The position numbers and the translations under genes are program-made. The notes under the pieces are model-generated. The model ran no database searches and had not been told where the DNA came from. It saw only the letters and a list, made by a program, of their open reading frames with translations. From Azolla caroliniana (taxonomy: Eukaryota; Plantae; Polypodiophyta), in assembly GCA_043228905.1 (NCBI GenBank), contig JBHGNT010000008.1:19778001-19842000 (forward strand): a DNA stretch of 64,000 bases. The letters are read 5' to 3'. The first letter of the stretch is position 1; each line of letters opens with the position of its first letter. Positions 23,641 through 36,700 of this stretch are shown piece by piece.

Positions 23641-24847
23641 TGATTATATTAAACAATTAATACAAATTGATAAAGATTCACAAATTTCATTAATAAAGGG
23701 AAAGAAAGATTACAATTAATCCCAAGATTGGGATTACAAAAATTTGCTAATGGAGATGACTAGAGTAATAGATTAGAAGAAATGAAATATGGATTTAATT
23801 AGAATATTAGGGTTTTTAGCTTCAATTCGAAAATTAGGGTTTTTGAGTTATATGGCTTTGATTAGGAAATTAGGGTTGCTTCGATAAGATAAGAGAGCTC
23901 CGAAGGAAAAGAAGAACAATATAATATGGAGAGAGCCCCTGAGTATAGGAAAAAAAATGGAATTATATATGGAGTTCCTCGTTAATCATATGCCTCCACT
24001 TTTTGTTGCATGGCCTCTACTTTTAGTTGCATAGCTTTTCTTTTCATTGAATCTATTTTTAGTTGCATGGCTTTTTCTTTAGTTGCATGCGACCATCCAC
24101 TTGACCTTTACTTTAGTCTCTTTTACCTTTCTTTAAATAGCCACATGATCCTTTTATCCGTTTGATTTGTGTCCAGCCTCGTACGGTCGCCGGTTCCGCC
24201 CGATCGCCGAATCCCTCGCCGGCCGGTTCCATTTTGCTTGCCGGCCGGTTCCGGTTTCGGTTTGCTTGTCGGTTCGGGTTCCGGTTTTGGTTTTGCTTGC
24301 CGGCTAGTTCCGGTTTGCTTGCCGGTTCCGGTTCCGGTTTTGCTTACCGGCCAGTTTCCGGTTTGCATACCGGTTCCAGTTCCGGATTTGCTTACCGGCC
24401 GGTTTCGGTTCCGATTTTGCTTAACGATCGGTTCTGGTTTTGCTTGCTGGCCGGTTCCGGTTTGCTTGCCGGCCGGTTCCAGTTTTGCTTGCCAGTTCGG
24501 GTTTCCGGTTTGCATACCGGCCAGTTTCCGGATTTGTTTACCAGCCGGTTTCCGGATTTAGGGAATTTGGCCACCATCATCCATCAAGACAAAGTGGCCA
24601 AAGTGCTCTTAGAACAAATGAAAAATGAGGGAGCTCAAGGTGCTTATATAGCCAGGGCCTTAAGTTTCCTATCTATCTGGGATAGTTCTAATTTCTCTAT
24701 CTTCTCAAACTTTATTTTCACATAACTTGATATGTATTTCTCCATTTTGTATATAGTAAATACATTTTGAAGCTCTTGAGTATATCCATCTTTCTATAGT
24801 AATCTACTAATCTAATCTATAATAATTATTTCATTATTTTTTTTACA
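23641..24847. mobile_element. Unclassified AT-rich insertion with a CCGG-rich repeat core in the 3' region of B
   Basis: Abrupt composition change and TG...CA ends, but no convincing TSD (TCGTA/TAGTG); degenerate TTGCTTGCCGGTTCCGG repeats at 24180-24560. Confidence 0.45.
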
Positions 24848-25399
24848 TAGTGTGTGAAGATTCACACGACAACGTGATGTCCGTAGGTGCTTCGTTGTTC
24901 GGCTTGGCTGGCGTGTTGGTCTCCGCGTTGACTTCTTCACGCGGCGTCGTCGCGGTGGGTTCTTTATGTATGTTGTGTGTGGTGCCTGCGGTATGTAGGA
25001 AAGCGAGGGGAATGAGGAGAGTAGAAGGCTGGAGGTTGTTTTCTATAATGTGCAAAAAACCTTATGTTTCCTTCTTTTTGTGCATTAGGGTTCATAGGCC
25101 TGTGTGACATCATGGCAATGCATGTTCTTGTTTCTGGGACTTGTGCATGCATAAAGTCCTTTTAATAACTGCGAATATCTTTTCTTGTTTTTCTTTTTCT
25201 TTTTCTTTCCAAGGGTTATTGGTACAACATTACTGTTACATTTGGGATCCATCCGCCGTGTTCATTATGGCGGGAAACGGGTTTTGGGGCGTAAGCCCAA
25301 GTAAGGCTTCAATCGGAATCCGTTCACTTTTTGGCGTAACACTTCTCTGGCAAGGGTACGTAACTAAAAGGTCCCATTTTCCACCCTAATTATCCAGTA

Positions 25400-28300
25400 C
25401 GACCCTATCTAGCAGAATCGTAACTTCCCTGGCATTGGCCCCATGCCTGTTTCAAAGACTAGTACGGCTTTCCCAACCTTGAAGTCTTTCTCTTGTTTGT
25501 CCCGATGTCGATCAACGAACGCCTTACGCCATCATTGCTCTTGTTCTAATATGGCCATGTTGCAGACCCGAGCTTCGCCTAGTTAAAGAAGTTGTTGCAG
25601 CCTGATCTGCTCGGACTGGCCTGGAACTCAATGGGCATTACGGCCTCTAACCCAAACGCTAACCGGAAAGGCATGGATTGTATACTTGTTTTGTAGCTCG
25701 TTCGTTACACCCACAAAGCACTGTACAGCTTTGTGTCCTAGTCTGTTCTATTTTCATTCACTATCTTTTTCAAGATATTTGTAGCGTCTTGTTCGTGGAT
25801 TCCCCTAACCCATTTGGCTGTGGGTAATATGGCATACTCTTCTTGTGTACTACGACGTAATGGTGCGTGTGTTCGTGGATGACCGAATTCAAGAAATGGC
25901 TCTCTTGGTCGCTTATGAGCTCTATTGAGCAACCACAACGGCACCATATGTGTTCATAAAGGAATCTTGCCGTGGACGTCGCAGTATTGTCTTGTAACAG
26001 TTTGGCTTCAACCCACTTTGTGCAGGAATCTTTGGTCACCAGAACGTATTTGTTGCTTGTCCGTGCTATTGTCAGCGTAAAGGGACCGACAAAATAGAGA
26101 CCCCATTTCTGGAACGGGTCAAGCAGGAGTACTGGTTAGTGAGACATTCTTGCGAGTTCCGTAGGTTGCTCGAAGCGTTGACACAGATCACATTGTTTAT
26201 AGTATTGATACCCGTCCTTTTGCGTAGCTAGCCACCAAAGACCTGCTTGCCATACTTTTCTAGCCGTGACATCACTTGCATAATGTCCTTCGGCCGTACC
26301 ACAATGATCTTTGCGTAGTACGCCTGCCTTCTCATCCTACCGTATTCCATGCCACCAAATGCTATTGTTGCCGTCATGGTAGAGTATGCCTTCGACTAGA
26401 CAGAAGTTATGACTCCGGATTGCTAGTCATTTCTTTTCGTCCGTCCGTAGCTGTGGTGGTGGTAGCCCCGTGGTCAAAAAGTAGCTCATATCCATGAGCC
26501 AACGATCCAGAAAATTCCTTTCTTCTCGTGACACCATGGTCGCGACCCGCAGAATATTAGCGTCGGGAAAGTCATTATCCTATCGCAACGCGTTATCATC
26601 GTTATCTCTTCTGCTTAAGAAATCAACTACGGCATGGTGTGTACCCGATCAATGTTGAATCACGAAGTCGAATTCTTGGAGCAGCAACATCCATCTGGCA
26701 AGCTTCCCTGTCAAGCGTAGAGTAATGCCGCGTGGTCTACGTGAAACGTAAATTTCCATCCGAGTAGATAATGCCAGAATTTGTTGATGTTGTAGATCAT
26801 ACCCAAGGCCTCATGCTCAGTCGTGGAGTAGTTCCGTTTGGCATCCGATAATTTACAACTGGCGTAATAAACCAGTCGCTACCAATTAGGCTCTGTGAGC
26901 TGCATCAATGCACTACCTATTGCGTTATCTGAGGCATCTACAAATACATGGAAAGTTGTCGTCCAATCTAGTGGTTGTACGATTGGTGCTTGGGTTAACA
27001 TTATCTTTAGTGCCTCATACGCTTTGTCTTCTACTACCGTCCACTTGAAAGGAGTACAATGTATGGCCGCGTGTAATGGAGTCGCAAAATCCGCCAAATA
27101 TCGTAACATACGGTTGTGCCAATGTACTTTCCCTAAGAAGCGGCTAAGGGATTTGGAATTAGTCGAATTCTTCGCTTCAATGATTGTCGTGATTTTGTTT
27201 GGGTCTATTGTTATCCCCTCCTTGCTTACTATATGTCCGAGGATTGCTCCGCTGGTGACACCAAATGCACATTTCGCCGGATTAAGAGTGAGACGTGATG
27301 TACAACAACATTTCAAACAAAGTCGTAGATGCCCCAAATGTTCACCTCGCATTCCATACATCGCAAAGTCATCGAGAAAAACTTGCCTAAATGCAGGTAT
27401 GTATTCTTGAAACATCTCCGCAATTGTTCACTGGAAAGTGGCGGGCGCTATTTTCAGACCAAACATCGTTACGACGACAATGAACACGCCCCAGTTCGTG
27501 ACGAACACAGTCTTCTCTTGGTTGTCAGGGTGCATACCTACTTGATTGTATCCGTTGAAGCCATCCAAAAAACTATACATGTCATGGCCCGCAACGGTGT
27601 CTAGTACGTTATCTGTAAAAGGTAAGGGAAACGCATTTGTAATTGTTACTGAGTTTAGTTTGCGATAATCCACACACACGCATATTTTCCCATTCTTCTT
27701 CAGCATCACGACTATTGGACTTAGCCACGTGGCTTGTTTGACTGGCCAAATGAACCCTATTTTCAATAGTTTGTCAATTTCTTCTTTTGTGGGAGACGCG
27801 TAATTCGAGTTCATTCGATAGCGTTGCTACTGCACAGGTTTCATGTCTGTGGACAAGTTGCTCTTGTGCTGATAAAATTTCGGATCCAACCCTTTCATGT
27901 CCTCATGTGACCATGGCAAAACATCCCTATATTTCCAGAGCTGTTCTGTCATTGTCGTCTTCTCACCTGAGTTCAGGTCCCTAACGATTGAGAGTAGTCA
28001 TGGCACCTCTGTGGTTCCGATGTTGACTTCTGCTAATGCACAATCGGTGACTCCACGCGAGATTTCCATTTCTTTTCCGCACGCTTCTCGTGCCCTACTT
28101 AACTCTATTATCGACTTAGGATGAGGCTCGTACTCCTCTTCTTGAACCGTACTGGTTGGGGCGTACTCCACAACGATTTCCATTACGTCAATTTCAAATA
28201 ATGGCACGATCTGCGGGTTTTCATCGAGGTATGCCTCAAGCTTAGTGTCATCCAATCCTTCCAGCATATTAATATCTTCGGTGTATAATGGCGTTATGCC

Positions 28301-30280
28301 CTTGGTTGGGGCCGCCGTTTCCCTCGTAGGTCCACGAACTTTGCTGCGGCCTCGTCGGAAGCTGATACAATTATGCCGCCAATTCTGCTTGATGTTGGCA
28401 GATCGTAAACATGGTTTGCCCAGCAGGATTGGATACGTTGCCGGAGCGTCTAATGCGAGCACCACCGCAGAGATGTCAAAGTGATGGCCTCCGACGACAA
28501 TTCTTAATTTCCAAATTAACCCGAGGGGCCTGATGGAACGAGTGTCCGCCATACGGAGCCAAAAAGGGCATGCTTCCCAATCTGTAATGCTGAGTCGAGT
28601 ACACACGCTGGTACTAATGACGTTTACGTTGAACCCCCCATGAACGATGCATCCGGGTTCTAGTGATCTACTACTATTGGGCCGGTATTAGACTCCGCGA
28701 AATTGACCGAGGCATCGAATCCGGCTATGCCTCGTAAACGATTCTCTAGCACTTGTCATAATCATGGAACATGGTGGAGGACCTTATCCATGGTCAACGT
28801 TATTTCACAGTCTGCCAATGCTTGCCATATGGGGTCCGACGCTAATGCGTTATCGTCTGTCGGCAAGCTGGCGTTCGCTGATTCTTGTTTCATACGCTCC
28901 GCGTTCACCACATTTGCTTTCTCTACCCAGGCCTAGGTTGCTTTGCGTATCTCATCTTGTTTTGCCCATTCTATGTTTTTCACCTGTTGCCATGTTCTGA
29001 TCTGCCAGACTTCTACCATGATTGTATTTATGACTGGTTCCATAACTTTGTGACACCGAAACTATGTCGCATAATGACCGGGCCGCTAGCACACGAAACA
29101 ATGTACGCTTGACTCGCCTCTCTCCACAATTGGTGGTGAATTGGTTTCCATAGGTACGGCTTGCTCTTCTCGGGGTTGTTGAATTCACCTATTATTCCCA
29201 GGTTGTTGACAATATTCTCGATGCGACACTGGGCGTTGTTCATATTCTGAACTCTCGTCATAATGGTGTTGGTCCCTAGGCGGAAGATTGTTACCATTTG
29301 GACGAGGTCTGTTGAATCCTCCGTGATTGTTGGTGGGCCGTCCATTGTCGTAGCGACGCCCCTCCCGATTGTAACGGTTGGTATTCCAGTACTCTTCTTC
29401 TTCCTACTCTTCTTTGTCGAAATACGGGTTGTTGTTATGGTGGTGACGGTATTGGTGCTCCATTCTTTGATTTCGGTCCATATACCGAGGACACTCTTGC
29501 CAGCCTTGGTCATTCCTGTGAAATTGCCGTTGTGTCTCCATATGACATACTACAGGTGTGGGCCTGTTCAGCATATTGTACTCACATTGATCCATCGTGT
29601 GTGCCTGTGAGTGGCAAATGGGGCAATGTATTCTCATATTACATTCGACCACGGAATGCCCAGAGTTTTAACAGATTCTGCACTGAATGCCCTGGCAGAA
29701 TCGATGTTCCTCTTCTTGAGGCAACGCGTGTCGTAGCAATGCCATGGACAATCCTTCATCTTCCTCCTCTAACTCGAGTTGTAATGCTCGCTCGATGACC
29801 ATATCCGATGTCTCCCCTTTCACACTGTGCGTGTTCGGCGTCGTCCAGATAGGCCATCGTAGGGCTACCAAAAATGTTTCCTTGGCCTCTTCATCTATCA
29901 GTGCCCTTGTAAGGTTCCAACGTATACTCTGGAAACGTAAACTGAAATCCGCTACCGATTCTCTTGGAAGTTGCTTGATGCTATAGAACTGACCGATTAT
30001 TTCACGTTGTGGCACCCTCCGATGAAAAAAACGCAAGAACGCTGATTGCAATTGGTCGAAGGTTGTGATTGTTGCCAAATCCATCTAGGAATGCCAGCAC
30101 GCAGCTCGACCGTCCAAAGTTAACCCGAACTCGGTGATCTTCGAATCGTGCGCTTCCACGTCTGGAAACCGTTGTGCGATGTGATTAGCATTTCATACAT
30201 TGAGGAATGATCGTATATGCCTCACAACATCATTCTCTCTGTTAAAGCAGGGGTATGAGAAAGCCATTCCGGTCGCGATG
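25400..30280 (-). pseudogene. gag-pol: gag-pol of element B
   Basis: Homologous to A: FYSIKQLPRESVADFSLRF; tandem CCHC; PR/RT (WLSPIVVMLKKNGKICVCVDYRKLN, VFLDDF); RH FHVFVDASD; [18 protein letters not shown]. Confidence 0.92.
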
Positions 30281-31499
30281 GTGATGGTTGGCCAACGAAG
30301 GCTACTGAGCCCGTGGTGAGGGCTACTGTGGCGTTTGTTCGCACTACTTTGGTCGTGTGGCAATAAGACTTCGTGATCGAAGCCGCTTTGTTCTGTGAGC
30401 GTAGAGTCTATTGTGTACTCCTAAAAAGAGGAGGTGTAGTCGTTGAGGCGGGGTTTCCGCGTAGCACGTTCTTCTGTGTGTCTGGTGATGGATCTAGTTA
30501 GTGGTCGATCTTCTTGCGTAGGTTCTCTGATACTTCAACGGCTAGACATCCATTTCGTGCTTGCTCGGTTGCGAGGATTCACGGATCACCAGGCGTGCCA
30601 AAAGTGTTACTGGTTAGGAACACATGCCATCCTCAGTTGTTCGGGGTAGCTTACAAGGTGATCGTGGTGCAAGGGAATAGGGATGCGTAGTACGTGAATG
30701 GTAGGGCATAAGGGGAAGATGGCTACAACCTAACTTCTATAGGTGCATAGCACCCAACGCGTATTTACCTTGTGTTTACTGGAACACAGTCTTGTACAAA
30801 GAACGAGACACGGAAACAAGAGACCAATAGGCCAATAGACAAAACACCAAGATCAAAGAAGATAAACTTATATTAAAATGACAGTCTCATAATACGCTAG
30901 CTCTTTACAATGGTCTCTCGCCCTTTATATACAGAGGGCTTCTAATCGGTTACGCTCCCTACGTACAACTGTTACACGCGTTACTTTAACGCTCCTAATA
31001 TAATACTCTATTCTCCATGCGTTATTTCCAGTGGTTACAATTCCAATGGACAACAATATGTCTTCATGAATCAATTTGAATCAACAACAGTCTTAAGGTC
31101 TTATCACTTATCTTATATCCAATTGCTCTTATTCTTATTCTATCTTAATACACTCATTCTTCTCTTATCATCTCATTCCTTTCTTCTTGTGTTCTCTTCA
31201 CATCGTTCTTCCATCACTCTATCGTTTACTCTTGGTTCTGACAATTTGATTCGAAATTCCTCTCTCCTTTATCCTCTTCTATAAACATTAGGAAACCATA
31301 GTTGCTGGCAATTCACAAGGATATCTTGCCCTTGTTGTGGAAATGGAGAATCTTAAAACCAAGTGGCGCATCGCTTGAATTAGAGAATTAACGTCTACTT
31401 GGAGATCTACAAAAGGTTACTATCGAGAACCAACAACAACAAGACGAGTTTACGCAACGGGTTCAATAGTTAGAGTCGACAATTGTAATTTTACAACAA

Positions 31500-32180
31500 C
31501 AAAGAGTAGAAGGCAATGAATTATTAAGGAGCCCAAAATCAGCCTCCCAGCAAAATTTGATGGTTTGAGGGTGCATTTCCGGGGTTTCTTAAATCAAGTA
31601 TGGTTGGTAATTCAAATGCATCTCACATGTTATCCAACAAATGCATCACGAGTCGGGTTAGTGGGCCCCTTATTGACTCACATCGCATTGTCGTTGTTTG
31701 CTTCATTACTAGAGACAAATTCTCCTCTATCAAATAACTTCGAGGAATTTATCAAAGAATTTAAGGCTTGCTTCGTAGATACAAATGGTACAAGAACAAC
31801 AATCAACAAGTCTATTCGTACAATATGTCACAGTGATCAACTCGCATTGACATATGCAACCAATTTTCATCTCATTGCAAGTGATATTCCTTGGGATGAA
31901 CAAGCCACAATCGAGTAATTTTATTACAACCTTCGTAGTTATGTGAAAGACTTACTTCTTCCCTTCCCCAAGGATCGAAAATCACTTACAGAAGCTATTA
32001 CTCGAGTAGTACGGTCTGATAATCACCTTTTTGAGCATCTATGTGAGAGACAAAAACAAATATAACAAGATCAAGATTCACACCGACTTATGCATCACTA
32101 ATGGCGCAATCATCACCAAGGAAAACATAATGCCCCGTCCCTACTCCAAGGCAAACACACAGTGTAGTCCCAATGGATAG
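31500..32180 (+). pseudogene. gag: Tcn1/sushi-type gag of element D
   Basis: PKISLPAKFDG..FRGFLNQV..YPTNASRVGLVG.LL..AL..F..LLE.NSPL.NNFEEFIKEFKACF, ending near a PMD motif. Confidence 0.8.
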
Positions 32181-32181
32181 T

Positions 32182-33770
32182 TGTTGATGGGTGGGGGTTG
32201 GAGCCAAGAATGGCTCCACCCCCCTCCCAAGGAGGTTCGAATGTGTGGGGAGAGAGGGAGAGAAACACACAGAGAGAATGACAGGGAAAATTGAGATAAA
32301 CACAAGTTGAGGGGCTACTTTACTATATTTCTCTCCTTCCTTTCATGTCCCATGGGTGGGGTTTATATACTACAAGATCTGATCAAGACAGTACAAAAAG
32401 CCCAATGGGGATAATTACACCTACTTGCCCCACTCTCTCACATTTGTACACATGCACACAAAAATCCAAATGTGCATGTGTACACACTCTTCCTCACATA
32501 TTACACATTTTATGTTTGCACATTACACTCTTAACCCTCCCGTACACCTATACGGATAACACCTTGCAAGTCGAACCCTCATGCCCATGTCAAAAACTTG
32601 TCAACCGGAATTCCATCGGTCTTCTCTTATCTCATCGGTCAAAAATCCCTCGACCAGATCACTACTTTACGATCAATAACTTTGATCAGAGCTTGATTGA
32701 CACAAACCTTCTCGTTCGGTCAACACATCTCACGATTGGATCACACACCAATCGGCTTGTCCACTTTGGTAAAGTCGTTTAGGTGTAAAAATAATTTTGG
32801 ATGTATGTGTCTTCATTTGTGTGAGCAGCGATGAGTTTTTTGTACAGTCCAGTTTTTGAAATTCTATTTCGTACCCGTCCAGTTTTTTTGAAATTTTATC
32901 ACGCGCCCTTAAGTTTTTGAAGTTTCTTCCATTGGCCTTTGGTTTGTGATATTTTCCGCTATGCCCTCGAGCTTTTGAAATTCATGATGGTGCGTTTCTC
33001 TATTCTTCTTTTTCTTCTTCCTGCTTTCTTTCTTTGTCTATATCTTCTTCGTCAGCGTTGTTTTCTAGAAGGTATAGAGTCCTGGAAGGAAGGAAGGGGA
33101 GCTTTACCTTTCGAAATAATGAACCATTTGCGAACACTGTTGGAAGATTTGGCTTCCGTTTTTCCTGTTGAGACCATTCTAGCCTTCCGTGGGGAATTTT
33201 GTCTCCATCATTATTCTTTGTTTCCATTTCCTCTTATGTTGCTTATTCGGGCTCCATCTTTCATTCTTCCTTGCTCATTTTCTTCTTTCCAATAGTGATG
33301 AAGCCAGAAATACCTCTTTCTTTCTTCATCTTCTTCTTCATTGGTCTCCTTACTCTATCTACCTGTCATTTCTCCCTCCTACCTTCCTTCTTTCTATCCT
33401 TCCTTCTACTGTTGCTATGACTGGGTTTTTTCGATTCTTCAGAAAGAGAAGCTTTCTCTGTAGATCATCTCTGAATTCCTTCATCGTCTCCCACTTTCTG
33501 TTTGGTAATGATAATGAAGGAAGCATCCCTTTCTTCCTTTCGTTGTGTTGATCTCTCTCTAAAGAGACACCACGACTTCTTGGCAAGTCTTCAAAGAGGA
33601 CCTCTCTCTCCCATACATCGTCATCATCGATAGAGCCATGGGTTCATGATGACTTTAGAGGAAACTCTATTTTATTTCTCTATCTAAATATTCATGTCTT
33701 TGGGAGTATATTTGTTTGTCTCTCTGTGTTGGTCCTGTCTTCTTCGTCTTCTTTCTGATGATCCAAAGTT
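32182..33770 (-). mobile_element. Element E: truncated LTR element (3' LTR ~32182-32527, PPT-like tract, K/E-rich 3' region)
   Basis: TG...CATTACA ends, minus-strand TATA (~32365), purine tract GGGAGGGTTAAGAG next to the LTR; no partner LTR in the window. Confidence 0.5.
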
Positions 33771-36700
33771 GCAGACCATAAAGGTCAAATTCTTGATGTC
33801 CTTGAGGTCTATACACATCATTTAGGTAGTTGTAAATGTTCTTTCCCTCACTATGTATTGGGACCAACTGATTTGCTACGTGCAAATGGATGTATCAATG
33901 GATCTCCCGTATAGTTCTTATTTGATTCTGGAAGCTCACATAACTTTGTGAATGATAGTTTGGTTCAGATATGGGGAATCCAACCCACCATAAGTGATCA
34001 CACCTATAAGGTGCCCTTGGTTGATGGAAGAGTACAATACATCAACAAGGCGATTCATTCATTAGGAAATTCTATTGATACCTATGTAGAAGAAGTAGAT
34101 TTCCATATAATGAATTGAAAATGTTAATGGGCGGAAGTGTTAGACAGAACCGGCTCAGCCGGATAGCAACAGAAAATGAGATGAAGGTTTTAATGGAGAA
34201 GCTTAACATAGAGAGTATATTTAGGAGAGACAGAGAGAGCAGAACATTAAATATATTAAAAACTAACTCTAAAACTATGTACATACAACGTGTTAAACAA
34301 CACTATTTATACAAGTCCATAAAGGACTGGCCGAAGTAGTGTCAGGTACTTGAATATTCCTACGTGCGACTGACACTGACTACAAGACAATGATTACATA
34401 ATAGTCTAGGCTACTACTAGGCTTCCGGTTCCCGCTCGAATCCGGCTCTCCGATCCGTCTCCCCGATTCGGCCGATTGTTTCCAGATACCGATCCGGCTC
34501 AGGCTTATTTAGCCAATCCAGATCCGGTTGAGCTTGCTCGCTCAACACTCCCCCTCAAGCTCAACTTGAAGTCGGATCGTGATGTTAGTGTCCGCGGCAG
34601 CCGGTTCTTCTACGCGGCTTCTTCTGGCGTTGCTCCACCTTGCTTGCGCTCCTGTCCAGTCCGGTCCTGTTTGCCGCGACCCTTCTGGTTCTACGCACCT
34701 CGACCTCCTCAGTCGGCTTGTTTGCTCAACATGCCCATTTCAGCTCCCTCGCTGCTGCAACTCTGGAGCTTGTCGACCCATCGATTCCTTCGTGTTGGCG
34801 TCGACTTCTATTGCGTCCGTGTCCGTTTGGCCTTTAGTTGATCCGGCTTCTCCGAATATTGAACCAAATCGGTTTCCTTCGATTCGTTCCAGCTCTTGTC
34901 TGAGTCAGTGTTCTCCAACTCGTCTTCCGGTTTCAAGCCCTTCACCACATCAAACCACGTCCGGGTCTTGGCCTTTTTCTTCCGGTCGGCTCTGTCTTTC
35001 TTAACTCTACCACCACTGCCGCTCGTTCCGACTTGTTCGGTTGTGCCGACTTCCTTGGTCGACTCGACTTCCTTTGTCCTCTTGTCTCCCCTTTTGTTGG
35101 TTCTTCCCTTCCCATTCTCCCCCTCAAGTGCGGCACGTCGAGATGCTGAACTCCAAGCATTTCGGTGAAGTGGTGCAACTTGTCCAATCCGAGTGGTTTG
35201 GTGAAGATGTCAACAACCTGCCGAGCCGTCTGAGCATACTAAAGTTTGACTTCACCGTTCAGGACCCGCTCACATACGAAGTGATAGTGCACTTCTATGT
35301 GTTTTGTTCGAGCATGGAATACGGGGTTCTTGGCAAGCTGAATATTGCTCATGTTGTCGTAGCAGATTTGGATCAAGGTCGGCACCTCGATCCGTCAATC
35401 TTGTAGCAGTCGCCAAAGCCAGATAACTTCACAGGTGGCGTTGGTAGCACCTTGGTATTTAGCCTCAGTGCTCGACAAAGCCACTGTTGGCTACTTCTTG
35501 CTGCTCCACTCAACAACCACGCTACCTAGAGAAAACATATAACCAGAGCTGGATTGGTGATCCGATGCATCACTAGCCCTGTCAACATCTGTGTATCCGA
35601 CTAGCTCTTCAGCTATACCATGCCAATATAACAGTCCCTGGTCCTTCGTGTCGCTAACATACTGGAGTATCCGGTGTGTGCACTGAAGGTGCTCAACGTC
35701 CGGCGTTTGCATGAACTGGCTGATCACACCGACGGGATAACTTATGTCAGGTTAGGTGATTGTCAAGTATATTAGGCTTCCGACTATTTGTCGGAACCGT
35801 TTCTCATCGCAGGCCAGTCCGGAGTTGGGACGGAGTGTCTGGTTCCGGTCCAGGGGTGTGGAGACAAGTCGGCAATCCGTCATGCCGAACTTGTACAACA
35901 TATTCAATACATAGTGTCGTTGTGACAACAATATGGTGTCGGGGGGTTCGGATCACCTCGATCCCAAGGAAATAATGAAGGTCCCCCAGATCCTTCATCT
36001 CAAATGCGTCCGACAACTGGGCCTTGACATGGCCTATTTCAAAGAGTCCAGGCCCGGTGATGACTACATCATCTACATAAAGTAAGATGCAAACCGGACC
36101 ATCCGGACCTTGCCAGATGAACAATGACGAGTTGGATTTAGAGGTAACAAACCCCATCTTACACAACCAGTGCGTGATCTTTGCATTCCAAGTTCGGGGG
36201 GCTTGTTTCAGACAATAAAGTGACTTCTTAAGCCGGCACACCACTGACTTGTTCATCTCCGACTGAAAGCCGGGAGGTTGGATCATATAGACCCGTTCTT
36301 CAAGGTCACCTTAATGAAACACATTCTTCACGTCCATCTGGTTAAGATGCCACCCCCTTGCCGTAGCAACCGCCAGTACCACACGAACCGTCGTCGTCTT
36401 CGCTACCGGAGCGAAGGTCTCGTCGTAGTGGATACCGTGGGTCTATGTGTATCCCTTCACTACTAATCGGGCCTTGTACCAGTAAATGGACCTATCGGCA
36501 TTCTACTTTACCTTGTACACCCATTTGCAACCGATCGGTTTATAGTGTCGGGGAGGGTCAACGAAGTCCCATGTGTCGTTGACATCTAGTGCCCGCATTT
36601 CTTCGTCCATAGCAGCACTCCAATTTGCGTCCTTTGTTGCTTCTGCGTAGCTCTCTGGCTCATGCACTTCCACCACCTTAGTTATGAACGCATAATGATG

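Larger units (their letters stand above)
15059..31055 (-). mobile_element. Element B: Athila-like Ty3/gypsy related to A, inserted in the 5' LTR of D
   Basis: LTRs at 30605-31055 (5') and 15059-15408 (3', with internal deletions); TSD ATATG at 15054-15058 and 31056-31060; minus-strand PBS TGGCACGCCTGGTG at 30587-30600. Confidence 0.92.

Noticed and set aside
24123-24725. Overlapping ORFs of 130-187 aa on both strands
   Set aside because: By-products of a stop-poor CCGG repeat; no domain features.
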